Shown: piece by piece, positions 1 through 8,735 of the stretch
Position numbering within the stretch: the first letter of the stretch is position 1
Layout of the letters: each line of letters opens with the position of its first letter
DNA from: a virus
Virus record (IMG/VR): IMGVR_UViG_3300029787_000002
Coordinates: 32,001 to 96,000 of that record
Direction: 5' to 3' (one strand)
Length of the DNA stretch: 64,000 bases
Translations under genes and position numbers: made by a program
Notes under the pieces: generated by a model
Database searches by the model: none
The model's input: only the letters and a program-made list of their open reading frames with translations
What the model was told of the DNA's origin: nothing

Positions 1-165
1 GAACTTGATGATACTGCACAGGATGCTGCGGATAAAATTTCCGATGAACTTCCTGATAATGCAGAAGAAATCCCAGAACCTACACAAGGAAACGTCGAAA
101 CCCCTGAGGTAACAGACGAAACACAACCCGAAACTGAGGAAGAATCCGATGAGACTAATAGCTGA
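1..165 (+). CDS. 3' end of an acidic prohead-core-region protein (partial)
   Basis: Open frame from base 1 (ELDDTAQDAADK...EEESDETNS*) ending in TGA at 163-165. It is very acidic and overlaps the g21 start, the usual slot for a small core protein. Confidence 0.6.
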   Translation, partial: ELDDTAQDAADKISDELPDNAEEIPEPTQGNVETPEVTDETQPETEEESDETNS

Positions 166-793
166 AGAAATTAACCAAGTCGACTTTCTTTGCGAAGAGA
201 AAGAAGGCAAGAAGAATTACTTCATTGAAGGTGTCTTTTTGCAAGCGGAACTAAAAAACCGCAACAACAGAATGTACCCTCTCAAGACTCTTACTAAAGA
301 AGTCGCTAAATATGATGAGAACTACATTCAAAAAGGGCGTGCCCTTGGAGAACTAGGTCATCCTGATGGTCCATCTATCAACCTAGATAGGGTATCACAT
401 AAAATTCTCTCATTGAGAGAAGATGGAAACAACTTCATCGGAAAGGCGAAGTTACTTGACACCCCTATGGGAAAAGTCGCCAAGTCACTGCTAGACGAAG
501 GCGTAAAACTCGGTGTTTCATCGAGAGGCATGGGATCTATCCGCAAGGAAGATAACTGCAACGTTGTTATGGACGACTTCATGTTAGCAACTGCTGCTGA
601 TATCGTCGCTGATCCTTCAGCACCCGACGCATTTGTCGATGGTATTATGGAAGGAAAGGAGTGGGTTTGGGATAATGGAATCCTAAAAGAGTCTGCTGTT
701 GCTCAATTAAAAACAGAAATCGATCATGCAACCCTTTTAAATCTACAAGAACGCAAAGTTTCCGCGTTTGAGTCATTTCTAAAGAGTTTGTGA
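149..793 (+). CDS. g21: Prohead protease gp21
   Basis: Motifs ALGELGHP, GVSSRGMGS and DIVADPSAPDAFV of T4 gp21; lies upstream of g22 and g23. Confidence 0.96.
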   Translation: MRLIAEEINQVDFLCEEKEGKKNYFIEGVFLQAELKNRNNRMYPLKTLTKEVAKYDENYIQKGRALGELGHPDGPSINLDRVSHKILSLREDGNNFIGKAKLLDTPMGKVAKSLLDEGVKLGVSSRGMGSIRKEDNCNVVMDDFMLATAADIVADPSAPDAFVDGIMEGKEWVWDNGILKESAVAQLKTEIDHATLLNLQERKVSAFESFLKSL

Positions 794-795
794 TT

Positions 796-803
796 TATAA
801 ATA
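796..803 (+). promoter_or_regulatory. T4-type late promoter
   Basis: Exact TATAAATA about 40 bp upstream of the g22 start. Confidence 0.85.
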
Positions 804-841
804 AATACAGACAACGCTAAAGCATAACGGAGTTTAAACAA

Positions 842-1873
842 ATGGCTGAGACCCTCGAAAAAAATCTTGATAACATGGATGAAGTGACCGAAGGTGCTAC
901 CCAATCCAAAACAGCGGTTAACGACAAGGCAAAACCTGGTGACCCTATCGATACATCGAAAGGTGGTGCATCTAAGGTAATTGACGTTAACACTGATTCA
1001 GAAGAAGGCGCAAAAGGAACTAAGAACGCAGGTAAATCTGCAGCAGCACCAGTAGGTAAAGCACCTGTTCCGAGCACGAAACCTTCTGACGCATCCGCAA
1101 AAATGGAGGAAACCGAAGATGGCGAAGAAACAATCGCTGAAACCAAGTACGACTTTACTCAAGATGTTGACGCTCTTGTCGCTGGTGAAGAACTCTCAGA
1201 AGAGTTCAGAAACAGGGCAGTAACGATCTTCGAGGCAGTTGTAACTGAAAAGGTTAATGCTGAAGTTAAAGCGTTGCAAGAGGCATTTGAAGAGTCTCTG
1301 ACTGAAGAAGTCGAAAAAATCAAAACAGAATTGGCCGAGAAGGTTGATGACTACTTATCTTATGCTGCTGAGAACTGGATGAAAGAGAATAATCTCCAGA
1401 TCGAGCACGGTATTAAGAGTGAGATGAGTGAATCATTCTTCAATGGTCTAAAAAGTCTTTTCTTAGAGCACAACTTTAGTGTGCCTGAGGAAAAATTCAA
1501 TCTACTTGACGGTATGGTTGGAGAGCTTGATGATATGGAAAAGAAACTCAACGAAACAGTCGACACTAATGTTGCTTTAAACAAGCGCATCGGTGAGTTT
1601 ATTAAAATGGAAATCGTGAACGAGAGTGCTGTTGGTCTAGCAGAAACCCAAAAGGAGAAGTTAGCATCATTAGCAGAGGGTGTTGAGTTTGAGAATGAAG
1701 AAGATTTTCGTAAGAAGATCGAAACTATCAAGGAATCATACTTCACTAGGAAGGCTGAGATCGCAGAATCTGCGAAGGAACCCACCGAAGAAGCATCAGC
1801 ACCTTTGGTAGAATCAACAACAAGTGGCACAATGTCGAAGTACGTTGATGCAATCGCTCGTTGGTCCAAATAA
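842..1873 (+). CDS. g22: Prohead core scaffold gp22
   Basis: Acidic coiled-coil protein with KVDDYLSY..ENW and KESYF motifs; sits between g21 and g23. Confidence 0.93.
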   Translation: MAETLEKNLDNMDEVTEGATQSKTAVNDKAKPGDPIDTSKGGASKVIDVNTDSEEGAKGTKNAGKSAAAPVGKAPVPSTKPSDASAKMEETEDGEETIAETKYDFTQDVDALVAGEELSEEFRNRAVTIFEAVVTEKVNAEVKALQEAFEESLTEEVEKIKTELAEKVDDYLSYAAENWMKENNLQIEHGIKSEMSESFFNGLKSLFLEHNFSVPEEKFNLLDGMVGELDDMEKKLNETVDTNVALNKRIGEFIKMEIVNESAVGLAETQKEKLASLAEGVEFENEEDFRKKIETIKESYFTRKAEIAESAKEPTEEASAPLVESTTSGTMSKYVDAIARWSK

Positions 1874-1904
1874 TTTAAACTACTTACTCTATTAGAAAAA
1901 ACTA

Positions 1905-3284
1905 ATGACAGTTCAAAAACTACAAGAGAAGTGGGCACCCGTTCTTAATCACGACGCTCTCCCAGAGATCGGTGACTCTTATAAGAAAGGCGTAGTCGCA
2001 CAACTCTTAGAAAACCAAGAAAAAGCACAAATCGAAGAAGGTCAAATCCTTTCTGAGACTTTACAAACTACTGGTTATACTGGTGGCAGTACCGCTACAG
2101 GTCCTGTTGCAGGTTTCGACCCAGTACTTATCTCATTGATCCGTAGATCAATGCCTTCTCTAATCGCTTACGACATCGCAGGCGTTCAACCAATGACAGG
2201 TCCTACTGGACTTATCTTTGCGATGAGAACTAACTACGGTGCAGAAAGAGATCCTAACGCATCTGGTTACGATGAAGCATTCTTCAACGAACCAAACGCA
2301 GGTTTCTCTGGTGGTGCAGGCGGTTCTTACGATCCTGGCGCATCTGGTTCTGCAAACAACGACGCTGAAGGCAACAACCCTGCTGTTCTTAACGACGGTT
2401 CTCCTGGAACTTACGAACAGACTGGTGATGCTGCAGGCATGTCAACTGCTACATCTGAAGCATTAGACGACAGTGCATCTAACACTGCGTTCAGAGAGAT
2501 GGGTTTCTCCATCGAGAAGGTGACTGTTACTGCTAAGGCAAGAGCTTTAAAGGCAGAGTACAGCATCGAACTTGCTCAAGACTTGAAAGCAATTCACGGT
2601 CTTGATGCCGAGCAAGAACTTAGCAATATTCTCTCTACTGAGATTCTTGCTGAGATCAACAGAGAAGTTGTTCGTACTATCTTTACGAACGCTGTTGCAG
2701 GTGCACAGAACAACACTTCTACTGCAGGTATCTTCGACCTTGACGTTGACTCTAATGGTCGTTGGTCAGTTGAGAAGTTCAAAGGACTTCTTTTCCAGAT
2801 CGAAAGAGATGCTAACGCTATCGGTCAGCAAACTCGTCGCGGGAAGGGCAACATCTTGATCTGCTCTGCAGACGTTGCTTCTGCTCTAGGTATGGCAGGC
2901 GTTCTTGATTACGCTCCAGGTTTACAAGGTAACAACGCACTTACAGGTGTAGACGATACTTCTTCTACTCTCGTTGGTACTCTTAACGGACGCATCAAGG
3001 TTTACGTTGATCCTTACTCTGCTAACGTTGCTGACAAGCACTTCTACGTTGCAGGATACAAAGGTACTTCACCTTACGACGCAGGACTATTCTACTGTCC
3101 TTACGTTCCGTTACAGCAAGTTAGAGCAATCAACCCTAACACCTTCCAACCAAAAATTGGTTTCAAGACTCGTTACGGTATGGTTTCTAACCCATTCTCT
3201 GGCGGACTTACTCAAGGTTCTGGTGCACTTACTGCTAACGCTAACAAGTACTACAGAAGAGTACAGGTTGCAAACCTTATGTAA
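1905..3284 (+). CDS. g23: Major capsid protein gp23
   Basis: Motifs GVQPMTGPTGLIFAMR, ELAQDLKAIHGLDAE and FQPKIGFKTRYG. Confidence 0.99.
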   Translation: MTVQKLQEKWAPVLNHDALPEIGDSYKKGVVAQLLENQEKAQIEEGQILSETLQTTGYTGGSTATGPVAGFDPVLISLIRRSMPSLIAYDIAGVQPMTGPTGLIFAMRTNYGAERDPNASGYDEAFFNEPNAGFSGGAGGSYDPGASGSANNDAEGNNPAVLNDGSPGTYEQTGDAAGMSTATSEALDDSASNTAFREMGFSIEKVTVTAKARALKAEYSIELAQDLKAIHGLDAEQELSNILSTEILAEINREVVRTIFTNAVAGAQNNTSTAGIFDLDVDSNGRWSVEKFKGLLFQIERDANAIGQQTRRGKGNILICSADVASALGMAGVLDYAPGLQGNNALTGVDDTSSTLVGTLNGRIKVYVDPYSANVADKHFYVAGYKGTSPYDAGLFYCPYVPLQQVRAINPNTFQPKIGFKTRYGMVSNPFSGGLTQGSGALTANANKYYRRVQVANLM

Positions 3285-3306
3285 TAGGCAATATTGCTTA
3301 TCTTTT

Positions 3307-3334
3307 GAGAGGGTGCTTGACACCCTCTTTTTTT
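3307..3334 (+). terminator. Intrinsic terminator after g23, with TTGACA in the loop
   Basis: GAGAGGGTG-CTTGA-CACCCTCTT followed by a T run. Confidence 0.9.
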
Positions 3335-3344
3335 ATGCTATAAT
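3317..3344 (+). promoter_or_regulatory. Sigma70-type promoter overlapping the g23 terminator
   Basis: TTGACA (3317-3322), 16-bp spacer, TG-n-TATAAT (3339-3344). Confidence 0.8.
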
Positions 3345-3367
3345 TTAAGAGTAACGACGGTTACGTC

Positions 3368-3534
3368 GGGAGTGACTGAATAAACTTACTGGCATATAGC
3401 TAGTTAAGGTGATGAGACACAGGTGGTGCTGCTACGAAAGTAGAATCGATTTACCAATCGGGTCTCAGGCAAGAATGTTTTTACTCTGTAGTAATGCCCA
3501 TTCTTTGTTGGTATACAGGATTCCAACCTCCCTC
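3368..3534 (+). ncRNA. Structured ncRNA resembling the manA motif / cyanophage CfrI-type RNA
   Basis: ORF-free region with terminal pairing GGGAG/CTCCC and helices ACTGGC/GCTAGT, TGAGAC/GTCTCA, CTAC-GAAA-GTAG, CGATT/AATCG and GTTGG/CCAAC. The core TTAAGGTGATG..ACAGGTGGTGCTGC is recalled as manA-like; family name is from memory. Confidence 0.65.
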
Positions 3535-3539
3535 TATAT

Positions 3540-3547
3540 TATAAATA
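3540..3547 (+). promoter_or_regulatory. Late promoter
   Basis: TATAAATA. Confidence 0.65.
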
Positions 3548-3555
3548 AAATTAAT

Positions 3556-3579
3556 AGGACTCATTAGCAGTCCTTTTTT
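3556..3579 (+). terminator. Intrinsic terminator downstream of the ncRNA
   Basis: AGGACT-CATTAGC-AGTCCT followed by TTTTT. Confidence 0.65.
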
Positions 3580-3599
3580 AATACCTTAAATTTTAATAC

Positions 3600-3899
3600 A
3601 TGTTATCTACCGCTTATCGCCTTCGACTAGAAGGCATATGTAAATCTATCGCAGCAGGAACGGAAGTAAGTATAGACGATATGATATGGGCACAGAAACT
3701 AGCAAAATCAAATACGTCCGCAAGAGGTATGCTGAGTACAGCAAGACGTATGAATACGAATCCAGACGATTCTTTTCTTAACGGTCTGAATATTGGTGAC
3801 CCCGATTCAGGCAACCACCGTAGGGGTTTCTTTAATCCAGAAGAAGTAGTAGACTGGTTTCATCAAGAACGTTCAGATGATTGGAGACAACGCGACTAA
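3600..3899 (+). CDS. Conserved hypothetical cyanophage protein
   Basis: 99-aa ORF (MLSTAYRLRLEGIC...DWRQRD) of a type seen in cyanophages and picocyanobacteria. Confidence 0.75.
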   Translation: MLSTAYRLRLEGICKSIAAGTEVSIDDMIWAQKLAKSNTSARGMLSTARRMNTNPDDSFLNGLNIGDPDSGNHRRGFFNPEEVVDWFHQERSDDWRQRD

Positions 3900-4102
3900 T
3901 GAACACACAAGCAATGTCAGCACAACTTGGTGCTATTGATTTATCGGACATAGAAGCACAAAGAGATGCTATTCCACCTATGAAAGTAAACGAAATGAAT
4001 CTTTTATCTGATGCATTGAGGGTTGAACTTAAACAACTTATTAATGAAGTTCTAGACGAGAGGCAACGAGAAAGACCATTTGGAGGACTTGGGGGTAAGT
4101 AA
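3881..4102 (+). CDS. Hypothetical protein (start probably ATG 3899)
   Basis: ORF translationally coupled to its neighbours by TAATG overlaps. Confidence 0.6.
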   Translation: METTRLMNTQAMSAQLGAIDLSDIEAQRDAIPPMKVNEMNLLSDALRVELKQLINEVLDERQRERPFGGLGGK

Positions 4103-4308
4103 TGTTAGCAACGATCCTACTATTCAGTTGCATTCCATTTGTAACTGCCACTCTATGGTTTGGTACTAGGGGAGGATACTATGATACTGATGACTATGAT
4201 GGACATGGTACAGCACACAAAGTACTCTTAGATGATGAACCAAAAGTATACTGGTCAAGTGAAGCATTAGATCAGTTAGAAATGCTCCAGAAGAAAGAGA
4301 CTAAATAA
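4102..4308 (+). CDS. Small membrane protein
   Basis: N-terminal hydrophobic helix followed by GTRGGYYDTDDYDGHGTAH. The C-terminus is encoded by direct repeat copy 1. Confidence 0.7.
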   Translation: MLATILLFSCIPFVTATLWFGTRGGYYDTDDYDGHGTAHKVLLDDEPKVYWSSEALDQLEMLQKKETK

Positions 4309-4317
4309 AAAAAGAGA
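4265..4317 (+). repeat. 53-bp direct repeat, copy 1
   Basis: CATTAGATCAGTTAGAAATGCTCCAGAAGAAAGAgACTAAATAAaAAAAGAGA; 51 of 53 bases identical to 4683-4735. Confidence 0.95.
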
Positions 4318-4320
4318 TCG

Positions 4321-4599
4321 TCAAGATTGTACTTCTGGTGCTCTAAACTGCTGTGCATTAAAAGATTGAATTTCTGGATCAGTAATAATTTCCATAGAAA
4401 GAGGATTTCTTTTTTTGCCCCTTACGTTTGCAATTGCACATTTAAAATTATCAAGAACTTCATCAAATACATTATAAGTTTCTGCTGCAAATTTAAACTC
4501 ACCTCTTTCTCTTCCTGCTTGAAGAGTTTCTATCGCTTTGATAGATGTAACAAGATCCTTTATTTTCACGGATGCTCTTTGTGCTTTTTTGTTGGCCAT
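4321..4599 (-). CDS. Orphan protein in an inverted cassette
   Basis: 92-aa ATG ORF with its own minus-strand sigma70 promoter, bounded by the direct repeats. Confidence 0.75.
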   Translation of the reverse strand: MANKKAQRASVKIKDLVTSIKAIETLQAGRERGEFKFAAETYNVFDEVLDNFKCAIANVRGKKRNPLSMEIITDPEIQSFNAQQFRAPEVQS

Positions 4600-4622
4600 A
4601 ATAAAATTTAATTAGTACTAGT

Positions 4623-4658
4623 ATCTTAACATAAAAAAAAGGAATGTCAAGCATTCCT
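4623..4658 (-). promoter_or_regulatory. Terminator-hairpin / sigma70 promoter module
   Basis: Minus strand reads AGGAATG-CTTGA-CATTCCT-TTTTTTT-ATGT-TAAGAT, i.e. TTGACA, 16 bp, TG-n-TAAGAT. Confidence 0.75.
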
Positions 4659-4682
4659 ATAAAATTGATTTCATAATATACT

Positions 4683-4735
4683 CATTAGATCAGTTAGAAA
4701 TGCTCCAGAAGAAAGATACTAAATAATAAAAGAGA
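4683..4735 (+). repeat. 53-bp direct repeat, copy 2 (contains late-promoter-like CTAAATA)
   Basis: Near-identical to 4265-4317. Confidence 0.95.
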
Positions 4736-4745
4736 ATGACTTATT

Positions 4746-5336
4746 ATGATCACTGACATCAGATATGATGGGTTCATCGGTATATTCGATACCGAATACA
4801 ATACCCAACCCTTGATTGATTATTGGGAATACCAAAACAAAGTGGGATCTACATTTAAACGTAAAGGTTTATTTGGTAGAGAACGCAAAGCACATGCTCG
4901 TAAAGATACATGTCTTGCCACTGAAGACTTTATGTTGGATCACAACTGCGGTTATCAGTGGATGCGGGAATATAATGAAGTTACTGGTAGATGCCTTGAA
5001 GAATACATTGATCAGTTTGAACATCTTCTACATTATAGATATCAACAAGTATATCTGAATGTACAAAAGACTTTACCACAGCAAGGATATCATAGTTGGC
5101 ATTCAGAAGATGGTTCTTTAGGATGTAATCGTCGGATCCTTGCCACTATGATGTATCTTAATGATATTGCTGAAGGTGGTGAAACTGAATTTTTATATCA
5201 GTCTTTGAGGTATAAACCCAAACGAGGTCAGTTTCTTATCTGGCCAGCAGGTTTTACTCATGTACACAGAGGCAATCCTCCTTTGTCTGGTGAGAAATAC
5301 ATTTCTACATCATGGTTAGAAAATATAAACGCATAA
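4746..5336 (+). CDS. 2OG-Fe(II) oxygenase (prolyl-4-hydroxylase-like)
   Basis: Motifs YHSWHSE, MYLND..EGGETEF and THVHRGNPP..GEKY. Confidence 0.88.
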   Translation: MITDIRYDGFIGIFDTEYNTQPLIDYWEYQNKVGSTFKRKGLFGRERKAHARKDTCLATEDFMLDHNCGYQWMREYNEVTGRCLEEYIDQFEHLLHYRYQQVYLNVQKTLPQQGYHSWHSEDGSLGCNRRILATMMYLNDIAEGGETEFLYQSLRYKPKRGQFLIWPAGFTHVHRGNPPLSGEKYISTSWLENINA

Positions 5337-5337
5337 C

Positions 5338-5898
5338 ATGTCTGCACAAAACTGGTATCAAGAACAATTAACGAACAAGAACTTTCTATCTCCAATTGGA
5401 TTTGTATTCCTTTTGGAGAAAGCAAAGAAGGTTTCGTTTTTATGTCAGCGAGCAAGTATCCCAGAACTTAATGTTGGTGACATCCAAGTACCTACTAGAG
5501 GATTAGTCCGTGTTCCTATCGAAGGTAACATTGAATATGGAGACTTAACTCTAGAGTTTATCGTTGATGAAGATCTAAGAAATTATATGGAGATTCATAA
5601 CTGGTTGCGTGCATTAGGTACTCCTGATAATTACGGAGAAAGAACTTCATGGATGCAGGCAAACAGTGATAGAACATTTAATGACAGAGGATCTAAAGTA
5701 TCTGATGGCACATTACAAGTATTGAACAATAATAATATCGCAAACTTTGATGTAGTGTTTGAAGAGATGTTTCCAGTCAGTCTATCAACTCTGGACTTCA
5801 ACGTTACGAATACAGATACAGATTATCTTACAGCAAGTGTTACTTTTAAGTATCTTCTTTACGAGATCAGAAATACTAACCAACGTACTAGACGATGA
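5338..5898 (+). CDS. g3: Tail tube terminator / tail completion protein gp3
   Basis: Motifs NFLSPIGF, FIVDEDLRNY.EIHNW and FPVSLSTLDF. Confidence 0.88.
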   Translation: MSAQNWYQEQLTNKNFLSPIGFVFLLEKAKKVSFLCQRASIPELNVGDIQVPTRGLVRVPIEGNIEYGDLTLEFIVDEDLRNYMEIHNWLRALGTPDNYGERTSWMQANSDRTFNDRGSKVSDGTLQVLNNNNIANFDVVFEEMFPVSLSTLDFNVTNTDTDYLTASVTFKYLLYEIRNTNQRTRR

Positions 5899-6272
5899 AG
5901 TTCGAGTTTGAACATCATTGGGGTGGAAATGACAATTGGTATACTAAATCTAAGCGATGGGCAAAGAAACAAAACCCATCCATGTCCCTCATTGCATCAA
6001 TTTTTATAGAATGGTTGCATAAATGGTGGATTGATGGTAAAATACAAATGGTCCTTGACGACGTTGATCGCCAAGTTGACCTGATACATTCCCAATGGGA
6101 GGCAAATGACACAGAACTCACCCCACACACAGTGGAGACAGGAGTATTTGGAGATGAAGGATGGTCTATCTCAATCACAAATCCGATTGTTGAAAGAAGG
6201 ACCGAACCAACTGTCTCAGGCATGGTTACTCCAAGCGATGCACAACGACTACAACAAGATGAAGGGGATTAA
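5895..6272 (+). CDS. Hypothetical protein
   Basis: ATGA-coupled to g3; overlaps the next ORF by 167 bp. Confidence 0.55.
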   Translation: MKFEFEHHWGGNDNWYTKSKRWAKKQNPSMSLIASIFIEWLHKWWIDGKIQMVLDDVDRQVDLIHSQWEANDTELTPHTVETGVFGDEGWSISITNPIVERRTEPTVSGMVTPSDAQRLQQDEGD

Positions 6273-6351
6273 AGAACCTCCTAGTAAAGAAAGTGGTGTC
6301 CAGACATCAATGAAAGAATGGTTTCAAAACAATAAAGAGCAAGGAACATAA
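6106..6351 (+). CDS. Conserved hypothetical protein
   Basis: GGAGG RBS; WRQEYLEMK..L..GP..LSQAW.LQAM motif; TAATG-coupled to uvsY. Confidence 0.7.
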   Translation: MTQNSPHTQWRQEYLEMKDGLSQSQIRLLKEGPNQLSQAWLLQAMHNDYNKMKGIKEPPSKESGVQTSMKEWFQNNKEQGT

Positions 6352-6779
6352 TGAATCTGGAAAAACTGCAGGAACTGTGGAAGACAGATTGTCAGATCGA
6401 TACTGATTTGTATTGTGAAGAGTCAATCAAGATTCCACAGTTGCATCAAAGGTATTTGGAATTTTATAATACATACTCTCTTATGAAGAAGGAGAAAGAG
6501 GGTACGTTAAATGCATTAAAGAAAGATAAATGGTTATACTATAAAGGAAAAGCATCATCTCAAATCTACAAAGAGATGCCATTTGATTTAAAACTTACTA
6601 CTAAAGAAGAGATTTGGATGTTCATCGATGCAGATGAAGAGATCCGCAAGTTACGTTATAAGATTGATTATATCGATCAAGTATTATATTTCTTGGAAAA
6701 TGTTCTGAAGCAAATCAATACCAGAAATTTTCAAATTAAGAATGCTATTGAATGGACTAAGTGGAAAGAAGGTTCTTAA
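6351..6779 (+). CDS. uvsY: Recombination mediator UvsY
   Basis: ESIKIPQLH..YL and RNFQIKNAIEW; upstream of uvsW. Confidence 0.9.
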   Translation: MNLEKLQELWKTDCQIDTDLYCEESIKIPQLHQRYLEFYNTYSLMKKEKEGTLNALKKDKWLYYKGKASSQIYKEMPFDLKLTTKEEIWMFIDADEEIRKLRYKIDYIDQVLYFLENVLKQINTRNFQIKNAIEWTKWKEGS

Positions 6780-6812
6780 TACTCTGATACATAGTGTAGT
6801 GACTTGAACACT

Positions 6813-8285
6813 ATGTCAATGGATCTTAAGATCAAGAAGAAGAATGAAGTCTATCTTAAGGTTCAAGCAGAACCTCATATAAATTACGAGTTATCGGATT
6901 TCTTTACCTTTGAGGTTGAGTCTGCAAAGTTTATGCAGAAGCAAAGAAGGTGGAAAGGATGGGATGGAAAGATAAGATTATTCTCTCCTGCTACAGGGGA
7001 GATCTATTGTGGTCTCTATGATTATTTGGTTGACTACGCAAAGAAAAAGGGATACGAGTATGAGACGGAGACCGATGAGAATTTTGGTCATCCTGAAGAT
7101 GTGAATAAGTTTGTGACTCCTGAGGCAGTTGCAGGTTATATGAAATCGTTGAATCTTCCTGTAAAGGTACGCGACTACCAATATCAAGCAGTATACGAAT
7201 GCCTGAGATACAACAGACGACTCCTATTGTCGCCAACTGCCAGTGGGAAATCCTTGATGATTTATTCATTGGTTAGGTATCATGAAAAATTAGACAGAAG
7301 AATTCTTATCGTAGTTCCTACGACGTCTCTTGTTGAGCAAATGTACAAAGACTTTGAATCCTATGGATGGAAAGCGTCTGACTATTGCCACAAAATATAC
7401 GCGGGGCAAGAAAAATACACGAACCATGAAGTAGTAATCACCACTTGGCAGAGTATTTACAAGGAACCTAGTCAATGGTTTAGCAAATTTGATGTCGTGA
7501 TCGGTGACGAGGCGCACCAATTCAAAGCTAAATCTCTTACTTCTCTTATGGGTAAGTTGCATAACTGTAAGTATAGGTATGGATTTACAGGGACACTTGA
7601 TGGTGCAAATGTAAATCAGTTGACTCTAGAAGGATTGTTTGGTAGATGTACACAAGTAACAAGAACTAATGAGTTAATGAAGCAAGGATATATTGCAAAA
7701 CTAAAAGTTAAAATTGTATTATTGAAGCACGAAGAACAACTCTTCGAGGGATATCAGGATGAGATGAGTTATCTTGTAGAGCATGAAGGACGAAATAGAT
7801 TCATTCGTAACCTTGCTACAGATCTAAAAGGGAACACATTGATCCTCTTTAACTATGTAGAGCGTCATGGGGAACCTTTGTTTAACTTGATAAATAGTCA
7901 TGTGGAACGTCCAGTACATTTCGTGCACGGTGGTGTAGATGTTGAAGATCGAGAAGTGATTCGACAACTTACTGAAGTGTCTGACGATGCTATCATCATT
8001 GCCAGTTACGGAACGTTCTCTACAGGGATTAATATCAAAAACTTGCATAATGTAATTTTTGCTTCTCCTTCAAAATCAAGAGTCAGGAACTTACAGTCCA
8101 TTGGGCGAGTATTAAGGAAAGGAGAAAACAAATCACAAGCGACTTTGTATGATATTGCGGATGATATTTCTACTGATCGTGGAAATAACTATACTTTAAA
8201 TCATCTATTAGAACGAGTGAAAGTATACAATGAAGAAAAATTTAATTATGAAATTATAGACGTAAAACTAAAAGCCTATGATTAA
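6813..8285 (+). CDS. uvsW: UvsW SF2 helicase
   Basis: SPTASGKS, GDEAH, GFTGT and QSIGRVLR. Confidence 0.95.
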   Translation: MSMDLKIKKKNEVYLKVQAEPHINYELSDFFTFEVESAKFMQKQRRWKGWDGKIRLFSPATGEIYCGLYDYLVDYAKKKGYEYETETDENFGHPEDVNKFVTPEAVAGYMKSLNLPVKVRDYQYQAVYECLRYNRRLLLSPTASGKSLMIYSLVRYHEKLDRRILIVVPTTSLVEQMYKDFESYGWKASDYCHKIYAGQEKYTNHEVVITTWQSIYKEPSQWFSKFDVVIGDEAHQFKAKSLTSLMGKLHNCKYRYGFTGTLDGANVNQLTLEGLFGRCTQVTRTNELMKQGYIAKLKVKIVLLKHEEQLFEGYQDEMSYLVEHEGRNRFIRNLATDLKGNTLILFNYVERHGEPLFNLINSHVERPVHFVHGGVDVEDREVIRQLTEVSDDAIIIASYGTFSTGINIKNLHNVIFASPSKSRVRNLQSIGRVLRKGENKSQATLYDIADDISTDRGNNYTLNHLLERVKVYNEEKFNYEIIDVKLKAYD

Positions 8286-8721
8286 CCATGTAAAACACGA
8301 CGAAGATTTCTTTGGTATTTTTAAAATGACCAATGGAGAGGAAGTACTATCTCGCGCTGTCATCACAGTCGATCAAAATGAATCACTTATCTTTTTACAA
8401 GATCCAGTAATGGTTCATGTAATGACAAAACCTATGAGTGAAACCAAGATGGTGCGTGGAGTTGGATTTGTCAAATGGCAACAACTCTCCGATGAGGAAT
8501 TCTTTGTAGTGAAAGAAAAAGATGTAGTATGCATCGCCACCATGAGCAGAGAGGTTCAACTTTTGTATGAAGGTTACCTCATGACTGAAAATGGAGTCAA
8601 ACCAACGTCGTTCAAGGCAGGGTACCACATCAAACCAGATAAATCTATCGGATACGTTGGTAACACTGATGACTATAGAAAAAAATTAGAAGATATATTT
8701 AAAGCTACTGATAACCCTTGA
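8278..8721 (+). CDS. Conserved cyanophage protein (Sm-like fold suspected)
   Basis: KMTNGEEVLS motif; conserved slot between uvsW and g55. Confidence 0.7.
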   Translation: MINHVKHDEDFFGIFKMTNGEEVLSRAVITVDQNESLIFLQDPVMVHVMTKPMSETKMVRGVGFVKWQQLSDEEFFVVKEKDVVCIATMSREVQLLYEGYLMTENGVKPTSFKAGYHIKPDKSIGYVGNTDDYRKKLEDIFKATDNP

Positions 8722-8735
8722 ACCCTTACAGTGTT

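Noticed and set aside
1360-1938. Long antisense or alternate-frame ORFs in the track (e.g. 1360..1938, 15098..15619, 32801..33310, 38495..39016, 44076..44606)
   Set aside because: They shadow well-supported core genes and lack RBS, promoters or motifs; they are explained by codon bias.
4327-4611. Plus-strand 94-aa ORF inside the repeat-flanked cassette
   Set aside because: It has a non-ATG start and a Phe/Cys-rich shadow composition; the minus-strand ORF has the ATG and the promoter.
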